This document shows, piece after piece, positions 35,717 through 45,220 of a stretch of DNA of 64,000 nucleotides. This DNA comes from a virus (taxonomy: Duplodnaviria > Heunggongvirae > Uroviricota > Caudoviricetes), in IMG/VR virus record IMGVR_UViG_3300036768_001066, one strand, 5' to 3'. The notes beneath the pieces are model-generated. The model was not told the origin of the DNA. It was given only the letters and a program-made list of their open reading frames with translations, and did not search any database. The translations under genes and the position numbers were made by a program. Every line of letters starts with the position of its first letter. The stretch's first letter is position 1.

Positions 35717-36349
35717 TTATCGATCGGTCTCGTCGTACAACCGTATCTTCTCGGTTAACGCCGGGTTTGTCACGTCAACGACCCTGGTGTCCTTCGGAAG
35801 GATGACATGTTTCTTCTTCGGAGCCAACCCGAGGTCACCGTGTATTTCCGGCGCAAACTCCACGTGCTCATCCTTGCCGTGTTTCTCCACAGTGAAGCAG
35901 TCATCCACCGTTATCTCGTGGTAGAAGTCTGCCATCTCTATGAGGGCCGTCGATGCGCTGTGCCTGAATGCGGCAATCTCGGTCCTACAACCACGAGCGC
36001 TCAAATACTTGACGAGTTCCATGTAATCGGAATCACCCGATAGGATTATTATGGTGTCAACCTTGTCAACGAGCTGGACCGCCTCTATAGTTAGCGGCAC
36101 ATCTGCACTCTTGTAGCATGGCTTGACTATTCCGTAAAAATTCTTGTGTAATCTCTCGGCGAGCTTCTTCGAGATCTTCTTTCCCTCCCTGAGGTAGAAG
36201 AACTTTGACAGACTGCGCCTACCTATAAGACGCGGTATCAACCGGTCGTAATCCATCATCATGAACTCACCAAAGGTGTTAGCGCTCTTGTCCATGTTGT
36301 TGCCGTCCACCAGGACCGCAACAGTCTGCTGTATCTTTATTTCTTCCAT
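35717..36349 (-). CDS. NYN-domain (LabA-like, PIN-fold) putative RNase
   Basis: VAVLVDGNNM and IIILSGDSDY motifs. Confidence 0.6.
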   Translation of the reverse strand: MEEIKIQQTVAVLVDGNNMDKSANTFGEFMMMDYDRLIPRLIGRRSLSKFFYLREGKKISKKLAERLHKNFYGIVKPCYKSADVPLTIEAVQLVDKVDTIIILSGDSDYMELVKYLSARGCRTEIAAFRHSASTALIEMADFYHEITVDDCFTVEKHGKDEHVEFAPEIHGDLGLAPKKKHVILPKDTRVVDVTNPALTEKIRLYDETDR

Positions 36350-36409
36350 CGCTTACCTGTTAGTTTTTCTATTCAGGTAAGTATACTATTTTTTACGAGA
36401 TGAAAAACA

Positions 36410-36730
36410 TCAGGGCGCAATTCCTTCCTCGTAGCTGTACGTGTCCGGTCCGTCCTCCCCGTTCTTGCATTCGGCGACCCAATTGAGGTAACGCGAAGAA
36501 TCGCCGACGCGGAATCTGTACTCCTCTTGCCCGTTATCCCATTTTGCCAGGAATATGGTCACCGGAGAATCGTTGAGTATCCTCGCGACCTGGTCGAGGA
36601 CCCAGTCCTTGTGGTGCGCTCCGTCTATCCCGCCGTATTTCATGATGAACAGTAGGGCAAACTCAGCCTTGGCATAATCCTTGTATGGAGTGTCCTTCTG
36701 CTCCACAAGCGTCTCTCCTAAGTATTTCAT
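36410..36730 (-). CDS. Hypothetical protein (106 aa)
   Basis: ORF track. Confidence 0.45.
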   Translation of the reverse strand: MKYLGETLVEQKDTPYKDYAKAEFALLFIMKYGGIDGAHHKDWVLDQVARILNDSPVTIFLAKWDNGQEEYRFRVGDSSRYLNWVAECKNGEDGPDTYSYEEGIAP

Positions 36731-36758
36731 ATCTGAGTGGGGTGTATTGTCTGGTGAT

Positions 36759-37732
36759 TTAATTTCCTCGCATTGTACGTCTTAATGAGCCACGTGGCGA
36801 AACCGTTATCCTTGAGTAGCTTGGAATGTTTTTGCGCATGGGTTTTGGAGGGCGATCCATCATGATGGTATTGATCCAGTTTGGATTAACGGTGATGCCG
36901 TTCTGTTCCATGAGTTCAACGATAAAAGCCTTCCACTCTTTGTCGAGTTCATCTGCAGTCTTGCGGTATCGACCTCGTAAATGCTGTCCACCCACTTGTG
37001 GTAGTCCTCCCATTGCTCCCCGTTGTCTCCCTCTATCACAACTATAGTTCTCGATCTAACCAGCGGATCGAATCCACTGGAGTTGATGAGGATCTGACGG
37101 GTTGTGTTTAGTACCTGCCTGAGCGATATATTCGTGTTAATGCCCATCTTGTACCCGAGTAGCAGCAAGTGGAACTGCGCAACCCAGTCCTTGCCGAAAT
37201 CTTCTATGGGTATTGGATAATTGCGACGCCATTCGGCTTCCGCCTCTGGCGTCAGGTCGGGCGGAATCTGCGGGTCAGACTTATACTTATCGTAGATGCA
37301 TTTTGCCTCCTCGAGCTTGACCATCTGCGATTCATGAATTATTGCTGCTGCATCCTCGAACGATACCCACTTAAAGTCATCGACCTCCGGTTGCTGCACG
37401 CCCTTCGGGTTGGTGAACATGGACGTGCACTCGCATTTGATGTCATCACCGGATTCTTCGATGACCGCGAGGAACGGCACGAGGGTCTTCTTGCCGTTCA
37501 TAGATTTTGAGAAGTACGGAGAATTCTCGAGGAATATGACATCGAGAGGATCTATCCTTATCCCGGTCTCCTCCAGGGCTTCTCTACATGCAGCTTCTGG
37601 ATACGACTCACCGTCATCCGGCAGCCCCTTCGGAATGGACCACGTCCGTCCCTCCATCGGCTGGTTGGTGATGTGGCACACAAGAACCCGGTCTCTTGTG
37701 TCTATTATGAATATTCCGCAAGTATAAATCAT
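36759..37732 (-). CDS. Nudix hydrolase with apparent frameshift joining ORFs 36860..37732 and 36759..37013
   Basis: Nudix box GLPDDGESYPEAACREALEETGI; protein-like translation switches frame near 36990. Confidence 0.55.
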
Positions 37733-37929
37733 TTTATCAGGTCTGGCAGTAACGCGTATTTTTTATTCAGCATGGTACCGCGCATGTCGGATACCGTATA
37801 GAACTCGCCGTCGATTTCGTAGCTCCATCTGTCGAATTTAATCAGTTCCATCCTAACTGTGTCGATGTGAGGGCATTTATATTCCAATCCCTCACCCGGT
37901 GGAATGGACACTATTGACTCGAACTTCAC
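37729..37929 (-). CDS. Hypothetical protein (66 aa)
   Basis: ORF track. Confidence 0.4.
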   Translation of the reverse strand: MKFESIVSIPPGEGLEYKCPHIDTVRMELIKFDRWSYEIDGEFYTVSDMRGTMLNKKYALLPDLIK

Positions 37930-37960
37930 GTAGAACTCGCGCCGGCCATCTGACAGGTTC

Positions 37961-38233
37961 CTAACCGACAGTATCGCATGAACTATTGGGTACCGCTTCT
38001 CGTCGTCTTGGTTCGCCGACAGGTTCCGCCCTGCTGGCCGTGACTATGATTGGGAAATCGTCGTTGATGAATAAGAACACCCCTTCGCTGTCGAGCGACG
38101 ATAAGCTGTGACCCTTCAAGTCACGGCCGAAGCTTTCGATAGCCTCGTCCAATTTCTTCCTGCGCATTTCATCAGTCTCTTCGACCTTGATGTGTCTCAG
38201 GTTGCCTGGGTATGGGTTTATCTGGCATCGCAA
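37961..38233 (-). CDS. Hypothetical protein (90 aa)
   Basis: ORF track. Confidence 0.35.
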   Translation of the reverse strand: MRCQINPYPGNLRHIKVEETDEMRRKKLDEAIESFGRDLKGHSLSSLDSEGVFLFINDDFPIIVTASRAEPVGEPRRREAVPNSSCDTVG

Positions 38234-38305
38234 TCTTTATTGAAACAAAATCCCGGAACCTGCATAAAAAAATTATGGGTTGTTCCGGGTTTTGATTTAT
38301 TTAGG

Positions 38306-39994
38306 TTAGGCTGTTATCTCAACATCCATCTCGATTTCAGCGTTCTTACGAACCTGGTCGAACGTGTACTCCACAAGGATCTCTCCATCTCGGAATACCG
38401 GCACCAATACGTCCTCGTATTTGTCGAAATCTGGATCTGTTGACTGCACCGTCTTGAATGCTTCCCACGCCTGCATTCCAGGCTTTCTTTCGGCACGAAC
38501 AAGTTTACAGTATCCAGTTTTTGATTTCTTAACCGCATCGGTCACAGGGTTCTTCTCGATGTTCACGCCGACTCCGTTGATAATTACATGCGTAGCCTTG
38601 ATAGCGTACTTCTGCTCGTCGCGGTCGTGTGCCTGTAGATATTTTCCACCGGAACCGAACACCAGATTCATGATGTCGATTTTCACGGAGATCATACGTT
38701 CGTAAAGTAGGGACATCAATTTGTAATTCACACCATCTCCTTGGAGCACACCGATCTGAGGGTGGAATACTCTGAAACCTTTCGAGTTTGTGGTGAATCC
38801 AAAGTGGTCGAACAGGATATTGAAAATTCCTTTATCCACGAGGCTCTGCGCTTCGACAATGTCAATGTCCATGTGTTTAGACACCTTCATCACAACTTGC
38901 GACACGTAGTGCGGGTCCACCTTTGAATCGTTGAACAATCCGAATAGAACCATCTCGGCATCTCCGGAATCAGGACGTACGACAATCTTGATAGGGATAC
39001 CATGATTATTGGTCCATCCGATGAACTCGTCTTTAAGGCCAGGAAGGATTCTGTGACACACGTTATAGATATTCTTGGTATCCGATACGAGAGATAAGAT
39101 GATCACCCCACTTGCAGGGTTGGCATTTAGCACCAATGGGTCGGTCTTGACCTTGTTGATGATGGTGCGGTATCCCTCAGGATCGCTCGCATCGCCATCG
39201 TATGAACAATGCACTGAGTGTTCCGACGCGATAACAGAGAAACCGGCCATTGGACAACCGTAGTACTTCTCGGCAAGAACACAAGCACCTAATGTGTCGG
39301 TTCCTTTGAACGAGATAAGCGCCGCGGTACCAAGGATGCGAGCGGACTCTTCCGAGCTAACTCCACGGTATCCGAAGTCGTGGTGCATGAAGTCGATCAG
39401 CCACTGTGGCGCGTCGGACGACAATGCGTGATACTTAACGATAAGTTCCTTCACCAGGCGAGCGTACGTCGCGACAGTGTTAGGCGCCCACAATTTCATC
39501 AACGTGGTTTCGCTGATGTTGGTGAGTGGTGAGCACTTCTTATCTGTATTGCGGATAGTCATGATGATGTTCTTCACCGCAACCGGAGTACCTTCCGGAA
39601 CTGCCTTGATCTCGAGAGGTAATCTTCCTCCGTGATTCTCCCAGATGTGGTACCACATCTTGTCGTTAAAACAGTCGAAGCCGAAGTGTGCGATGTTCTT
39701 CTTACGAGCTTCCTCGATTTTTGCTGGGGTAATGCGAACACCGGCAAAGTATTTTTTCAGATAGTACTGCAATAAGCAAAGGATAGTGTAAGGCATATCC
39801 CCGCCGCGCGACTCAAGACCCGAATAGGTCTCCTCGATTCCATCAGGTACGAGAAGGTGGTGCGTCATTTTGTAACTGTCCGACATGATGATGAAATTGT
39901 CTTCATCTTGTAAATTTTGGATGATGGCTACGAGCTCTGTCACACTCATGTTTTGCAGCTCGGCATCCGTGTAATCGCCATGATGTTTCTTCAT
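38306..39994 (-). CDS. nadV: Nicotinamide phosphoribosyltransferase (NAMPT)
   Basis: DSYKMTHH, LPLEIKAVPEG, HDFGYRGVSS, FKGTDT, VRPDSG, LQGDGV, VFGSGG align with the eukaryotic and KVP40 NAMPT signature. Confidence 0.9.
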   Translation of the reverse strand: MKKHHGDYTDAELQNMSVTELVAIIQNLQDEDNFIIMSDSYKMTHHLLVPDGIEETYSGLESRGGDMPYTILCLLQYYLKKYFAGVRITPAKIEEARKKNIAHFGFDCFNDKMWYHIWENHGGRLPLEIKAVPEGTPVAVKNIIMTIRNTDKKCSPLTNISETTLMKLWAPNTVATYARLVKELIVKYHALSSDAPQWLIDFMHHDFGYRGVSSEESARILGTAALISFKGTDTLGACVLAEKYYGCPMAGFSVIASEHSVHCSYDGDASDPEGYRTIINKVKTDPLVLNANPASGVIILSLVSDTKNIYNVCHRILPGLKDEFIGWTNNHGIPIKIVVRPDSGDAEMVLFGLFNDSKVDPHYVSQVVMKVSKHMDIDIVEAQSLVDKGIFNILFDHFGFTTNSKGFRVFHPQIGVLQGDGVNYKLMSLLYERMISVKIDIMNLVFGSGGKYLQAHDRDEQKYAIKATHVIINGVGVNIEKNPVTDAVKKSKTGYCKLVRAERKPGMQAWEAFKTVQSTDPDFDKYEDVLVPVFRDGEILVEYTFDQVRKNAEIEMDVEITA

Positions 39995-40017
39995 TTTGGT
40001 TTTTATTTAGGTTTATA

Positions 40018-40638
40018 TTATTGATTTTGGTCTACCAACTCTTTGAACATAGCGAACAGAGGCGCGTGTGTAGGGTTGATCTTAAACTCAGGCGAGTAAA
40101 GTTCCTTAACGTCGAACCACTTTGTCACCGCCACGTCATCGAATCCTTGTCCAGCCTCTCCGTCCTTATGGATGGCATAAAAGAATGATGTTATGATTCC
40201 GTGTGGTGTATCCCTGTACCTCGGGTCGTCGATGTTGGAAGATCCGATGTAGTTCATTTCGAACACGTCCATGCCGGTCTCCTCCTTGACCTCACGTGCA
40301 CCAGCTTCCTCCGCACTCTTGTCGGTCGGGTCGATGAATCCACCAGGGAATCTCCAGATGCCGAGCGATACCTCGTGTGGTTTCTGGATGAGCAATACGT
40401 GTGTTATATTGTGGTCGTGGTCCGTCTTAACCACTGCGACATCCACGGTGTGGAATGCAATGGGGTACCGCACCGTGTATTCGGTTGTTTTTTTCTGGAA
40501 CAGCAATTGCTCGATCTCTGTTGCGGCGCTTGCGGCATCCATAGCATCACCCTCGACGTTTTTTCGAGGTATCTTGTTAACAACCTCGTGGATCTGTTTC
40601 CAAATCTGGCTTCTTTCAATTTCGGTGGTTTGTTCCAT
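40018..40638 (-). CDS. Nudix hydrolase (ADP-ribose / NAD-related pyrophosphatase family)
   Basis: Nudix box GGFIDPTDKSAEEAGAREVKEETG. Confidence 0.7.
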   Translation of the reverse strand: MEQTTEIERSQIWKQIHEVVNKIPRKNVEGDAMDAASAATEIEQLLFQKKTTEYTVRYPIAFHTVDVAVVKTDHDHNITHVLLIQKPHEVSLGIWRFPGGFIDPTDKSAEEAGAREVKEETGMDVFEMNYIGSSNIDDPRYRDTPHGIITSFFYAIHKDGEAGQGFDDVAVTKWFDVKELYSPEFKINPTHAPLFAMFKELVDQNQ

Positions 40639-40916
40639 TATTTCCTTTTATTTAGTTCGTCTCTTATTGCCGCGGCCAGTTCGTAGTCCTCATCTCTCAC
40701 TGCCTTGTCGAGTAAATCTTCCAGATCTGTTGTCTCGTCGTAGGACTTCAACTTGAAAGCCGCCGGTTTTTGCTCGTGTGATTTTAATAAAGTTTTTGCA
40801 CTCGCTCTCGGCTCGAACCTCTGCCTGCTCCGATAGGCGTCTCTCCGTAACGACAGATAGAAGCCTATTCCCAATGCCAAGAACGCCAAAGCTGTTATCA
40901 CTATAGTTATAGACAT
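40638..40916 (-). CDS. Small membrane protein with C-terminal UVR-like motif
   Basis: N-terminal TM helix; DEDYELAAAIRDELNKRK. Confidence 0.4.
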   Translation of the reverse strand: MSITIVITALAFLALGIGFYLSLRRDAYRSRQRFEPRASAKTLLKSHEQKPAAFKLKSYDETTDLEDLLDKAVRDEDYELAAAIRDELNKRK

Positions 40917-40928
40917 GCGCGTAATACA

Positions 40929-41240
40929 TCACTTCTTATATTTGTCCCTCAGAACCTCGGGTATGTGTTCGACAGCGCCGGCCCTCACCTGCGTGGAACT
41001 GACGTTGCTGTGCTCTATGCTTCTCACCTCAATGTGCGACATCACCGATTCGAGCTGCGTCAGTACATAGGGTATCTCGAACCCGTCCCTCTTCACAACA
41101 AAAAGTTTCACATTGTCGAAGTCCTTGTCGAACGTCTCCACCTCCCTGTGATACGGGTGATTAGGCGTTCCGTCGTCCTTCAGTACCGGGTACGAGCTCT
41201 GGAATATACGCACAAGCGTATCTACGCCAACCGCGAACAC
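40929..41240 (-). CDS. Hypothetical protein (103 aa)
   Basis: ORF track. Confidence 0.45.
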   Translation of the reverse strand: MFAVGVDTLVRIFQSSYPVLKDDGTPNHPYHREVETFDKDFDNVKLFVVKRDGFEIPYVLTQLESVMSHIEVRSIEHSNVSSTQVRAGAVEHIPEVLRDKYKK

Positions 41241-41272
41241 GATGGGTTGGCTGAACTTCTGACGAAGGTACT

Positions 41273-42112
41273 TTATGTGAAAAATCCACTGCGTGATACG
41301 ACCACATCGTAGCCGAGCTTGTTGAGGTCTTCTATTCTGCTCTTGAGCTCCTGTGAAGACAGCGTGCCCTTGCCGTATATCTCGGCACTTATCATGAGTT
41401 TTGGCTTGCTGTTGTATTCGGATTTAACAGCCTCTGCTATTTCCACGTGCCCGTTGTGTATAGGGTTGAAGCTTCCCTTGAATAACAGGATGGACCTCTC
41501 CTCCCTGAAAAAATCCTCCAGACGGTAGAACTTGCCGTCTCTGATGCACAGGAAGTCGTCTTGTCTCGTGTGTCTCACCATGTCGAACATTTCGGCCTGA
41601 TTGTCATCGAATCCGTCGACGATGTCCACGCACGCACCGGTCGGAACGTATTCGTTCCTGGCGGCTATGATGAGCAGACCGCACAGTGCTATCCTCTCGA
41701 GGTACTGCTTTCTTGTGAGGCTCTCGTGTATTGATATATGGTAGTATCTCGTCTTCGACTTGTATGCGTACGCGATCCAGCCGTGTGTCGACTTGCCGTC
41801 TCCACCAAGTTGGAATGATGCGATGTAAGCGGCATTCACGCCGTTGAGACCGATCATATCCTTCCATCTCCACTCCAAAATTTTAGACACGCTCTCTTTG
41901 GACACCGCCCTGGTTCCTTCGTTATGGTAGTTGTCGTGCTGGTACTCGCGAGAATATGGACACTCGGACACGTAAACTGTCGCGGTCGCACCGGCAATGC
42001 TCATCAGTGCGTTGACTACGGCAACGCCGCATCCCATCTCCACGAAGCACCCGTAAATGTCGCTGAGGTGAATGTCTTCGGCGAGCTTATCTATTTGCTT
42101 TGATATTTCCAT
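41273..42112 (-). CDS. NMN adenylyltransferase-like nucleotidyltransferase with N-terminal CinA-like(?) domain
   Basis: C-terminal LLFKGSFNPIHNGHVEIAEAV has the GxFxPxHxxH cytidylyltransferase/NMNAT motif. Confidence 0.5.
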   Translation of the reverse strand: MEISKQIDKLAEDIHLSDIYGCFVEMGCGVAVVNALMSIAGATATVYVSECPYSREYQHDNYHNEGTRAVSKESVSKILEWRWKDMIGLNGVNAAYIASFQLGGDGKSTHGWIAYAYKSKTRYYHISIHESLTRKQYLERIALCGLLIIAARNEYVPTGACVDIVDGFDDNQAEMFDMVRHTRQDDFLCIRDGKFYRLEDFFREERSILLFKGSFNPIHNGHVEIAEAVKSEYNSKPKLMISAEIYGKGTLSSQELKSRIEDLNKLGYDVVVSRSGFFT

Positions 42113-42245
42113 AGTTCAAACTGTCTTGTGTGACCTTTGTCATGTGTCGTTTCTCGTTATTGCGCGAGCACCGTCACGATGTCCGCAATCATGAAGCCCA
42201 CCAATAATATGGCGATGAACAAAAGTATTGGTCCTATTCTGAATC

Positions 42246-43523
42246 TCATTTATCTCTCACTACCCTGTCACATTGCTGCAGCAGTTGGTTAAACTTTATA
42301 GCTTCGCGGCGTCTCTGCTCTTCGCCCATCTCCGGTCCTTCCTTCATACCTTCATCTAACAAAGATTGTCCGGTCACACTGAGTTTGTAAACGCTAAGTG
42401 CCAACGCGTTCGCATTACGGCGCTTCTCCTCTTTGGACATTACCCAATGTAAAAACACGGTAAGATCCGCGTCCGCCAGCTCGAGGCGTTCTCTGCGTTT
42501 AGCTATCGTAAACGCGAACGTATGAAGCTCGTCGGTAGCATGCTCAACATACTTGGCAGCATCGAGCAATAGCTCCACACCGTCCACAAACTTATTCGGT
42601 AATTTTATCTCCTCCTTCAGTTTACGGGTGAGCATCTGTCGGCTTGTATCAGATGCGTGGAACAGCGAAGCTACAAGTACCTCCGGAGTTCTTGTGTTAA
42701 TCCATTGCTCCGGATAGTAATACCCGGGCATGACTTGATAGAGTAGACCATATTCCTGCAACAATGTGAAGTACATCAACGGTGAGTTGAGTTGTTCGAA
42801 CGCCTTGAACATTTCTTCATTTATGCGCTCGCGAACAATAGGCACTGTATTACCATCTTTGTCTGGTCCTTCGAGTACCCGGCATTTCATAATGGCTTCG
42901 GCGGTATCCTCGTGTATCTTCATACCAAAGCGAAGCGCAAATCTGATGGCTCTCAGCACGCGCAATCTATCCTCGTTGAACCGGTCCACCGGGTTGCCTA
43001 CACAGCGCAATACTCTGTTCTCTACGTCTTCAACGCCGCCAACAAGGTCGATTATCTCGCACTTGTCGAGGTCGTAAAACAAAGCATTGATGGTGAAGTC
43101 GCGCCGCAGCACGTTCTCTTCGATTGTTGCGCCGAGCCTTACCTCTGGTTGACGCCCGACGGAGACGTCCTCGCGGAAAGTCGCTATCTCGTATCCCTTT
43201 GGACAGTCCTTGGTATAAACTCGTATCACCCCGAAACTCTTGCCCGTGTAATCCAAGCGGTAGTTGTCTTTGAGAAGTTCGGATATTTTTTCTGGCATGG
43301 CGTCTGTGGCCATGTCGTAGTCCTTGATGTTGGACCCGAGCAGGTGGTCACGGACACATCCCCCAACAACAAAGAGCTGGTGACCAGCGGCAGTCATAAT
43401 TTGGTGGATGTCCTTGATGTCCTGTGGAATATTCATAATGTAAAGATACGAATTTTTTATTGATATTGAACCCAGGAGATGCCTGTATCTCTCGATTAGC
43501 TCTTGCTCTTTATCTACATTCAA
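42246..43523 (-). CDS. cca: tRNA nucleotidyltransferase (CCA-adding enzyme)
   Basis: LFVVGGCVRDHLLG ... DYDMAT ... EIATFRED ... RRDFTINAL polymerase-beta head-domain motifs. Confidence 0.8.
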   Translation of the reverse strand: MNVDKEQELIERYRHLLGSISIKNSYLYIMNIPQDIKDIHQIMTAAGHQLFVVGGCVRDHLLGSNIKDYDMATDAMPEKISELLKDNYRLDYTGKSFGVIRVYTKDCPKGYEIATFREDVSVGRQPEVRLGATIEENVLRRDFTINALFYDLDKCEIIDLVGGVEDVENRVLRCVGNPVDRFNEDRLRVLRAIRFALRFGMKIHEDTAEAIMKCRVLEGPDKDGNTVPIVRERINEEMFKAFEQLNSPLMYFTLLQEYGLLYQVMPGYYYPEQWINTRTPEVLVASLFHASDTSRQMLTRKLKEEIKLPNKFVDGVELLLDAAKYVEHATDELHTFAFTIAKRRERLELADADLTVFLHWVMSKEEKRRNANALALSVYKLSVTGQSLLDEGMKEGPEMGEEQRRREAIKFNQLLQQCDRVVRDK

Positions 43524-43532
43524 ATATAAATG

Positions 43533-43560
43533 AAAAGGGGACCCAAAATCGGGTCCCTTT
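43533..43560 (-). terminator. Rho-independent terminator after lipoprotein gene
   Basis: AAAGGGACCC-GATTTT-GGGTCCCCTTTTCATTT on minus strand. Confidence 0.6.
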
Positions 43561-43581
43561 CCTCAGTGAGGATTTCGTCAA

Positions 43582-43752
43582 TTACTTGACGGTGTCACAT
43601 GCAGTGCTGTCTGCACAGCAAGTTGGTGCTACGCAAGCTGTGGTGTCGACCACGCCGGCAGTGCTGTCTGTGGTCGATGGAGCCTCTTCCGCTCCTCCGC
43701 TGCACGAGGCAAACCCTAATGCAATTGCGGCTACGATGATAAATTTCTTCAT
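43582..43752 (-). CDS. Small secreted lipoprotein (56 aa)
   Basis: MKKFIIVAAIALGFASC signal peptide and lipobox; Cys/Thr-rich mature part; terminator hairpin after stop. Confidence 0.45.
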   Translation of the reverse strand: MKKFIIVAAIALGFASCSGGAEEAPSTTDSTAGVVDTTACVAPTCCADSTACDTVK

Positions 43753-43931
43753 TGGTTAGTTGTGTTTTTATTTCAACATATTTATCCGTAAATGGGTGGA
43801 AAGTTGCGGCCTTTTACAAATTTTATTTGTATGTGTGACAGCCGGTTCGGGCCGTTTACCTGACGGAAAAATACGGCATGCCACCACATGGTTGGATAAT
43901 CCTCGCCTTCGTTGAAGACCGGTTAGCTCCA

Positions 43932-45215
43932 TTAGTCTCGTATTTCTACCAGGTACTGAATCGTGCTCTGGTTGGTGTTGTAGACAATGTATTCGTTATT
44001 GCGGAGGTCAGCGCCGCCCTTGGCGAACACAGAGTCGTATCCGTCACGCTTCATCTTAGCTTCATCGAGAGAGCTGTGCTCGGATTTCCAGTTAAGGATC
44101 TCCTTCTGCTTGCCCTGGTGGATTTCGTAAAGCGCAAGGATGGCAGTTTTGGAACCGCCTCGTGCCCAATACGAGCCGCTCAGAGATGTGTATCCGATAG
44201 ACTTCTGCGCCTTGTCTGCGAAGTACACACCGTAGCCGAACATCGAACCGGTAAGCACCGCGTTTGACGGACGGATCTTCAGCCCCTGCTGGAAAATGCT
44301 CCACCAGTTCTCGTTACGTGAGCCGTGCCACAACAGCGCAGTTTTCTTGTTTTTCGCTTTCTTAAGGAAGTTGTCGTACCCGGCTTGCGTTTGGTTGTTA
44401 ACCGCCCGGAAGGCGCGTACAAATTGTTTCGCGTTAGGGCCAAGCATCCTTTTGATCATTTCGATTTCCGCGGGACGACAGTTCATGAGCTCCAATCCAA
44501 GAGTGTGCAACAGATCGTGTTCCTTCTGCTCCGGCGTCGCGTCTTTCTCCTTCACGTTCATGGCAACCTGACCGGCCATGGCATCGAGGGCATCTTGCTC
44601 AACAAGGAGGATTTGATTCATATACTCCTGCAGTTGTTTTTTGTCCTTAATACTTGTTCCTTCGGGTAGCAAGTGGTCCTGCACCTTCTTCATCTTTCTC
44701 GGGATGATCTGGTAGAGCTCGATAAGTTTCTCGTTGATTTCGTCCGCCTTGTTGCCGACCTTGAATAATCCGGTGATAGCATCGAGTACCTGCTGCGCGT
44801 GATCAACCTGTGCCTTTGTAACTTTAGACGCAGACACTGTATAGTTGGCCTCAACCGATTGGTTGGCGAACTTCATCAGCATCTCCACGAATTTCTTGAC
44901 CTCGGCACTGCGGTCCTTGTTGAATATGGACTTGGTCGTGCCGGCGCTCTCGTTAACGGATTCCTCCGCATACAGGTGGGTCACATCCGTGTACGGCTTG
45001 GGTTTCTTGCTCGCCTTCGTTTTGTCGCGGTAGATGCTGTCCCAGTCGCTCATTGGGTAGTTCTTGCGTGTCTCGGTAGAGTCTACGCGCCCCCAGTGTG
45101 CCTCGAACTCATCGGGCGAGATCTGAGTCATGTTGTAAAACTTGTTGTTGTTCGCTCCGGTCACGCAGATTAAGCGTACGACCTTGAATCCTTTTTCGGT
45201 AGTAACTGCTGCCAT
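43932..45215 (-). CDS. WGR-domain poly(ADP-ribose) polymerase-like protein
   Basis: N-terminal WGRVDS; C-terminal LLWHGSRNENWWSIFQQGL ... GSMFGYGVYFAD ... NNEYIVYN matches the PARP catalytic signature including the catalytic Glu. Confidence 0.8.
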   Translation of the reverse strand: MAAVTTEKGFKVVRLICVTGANNNKFYNMTQISPDEFEAHWGRVDSTETRKNYPMSDWDSIYRDKTKASKKPKPYTDVTHLYAEESVNESAGTTKSIFNKDRSAEVKKFVEMLMKFANQSVEANYTVSASKVTKAQVDHAQQVLDAITGLFKVGNKADEINEKLIELYQIIPRKMKKVQDHLLPEGTSIKDKKQLQEYMNQILLVEQDALDAMAGQVAMNVKEKDATPEQKEHDLLHTLGLELMNCRPAEIEMIKRMLGPNAKQFVRAFRAVNNQTQAGYDNFLKKAKNKKTALLWHGSRNENWWSIFQQGLKIRPSNAVLTGSMFGYGVYFADKAQKSIGYTSLSGSYWARGGSKTAILALYEIHQGKQKEILNWKSEHSSLDEAKMKRDGYDSVFAKGGADLRNNEYIVYNTNQSTIQYLVEIRD

Positions 45216-45220
45216 GATAT

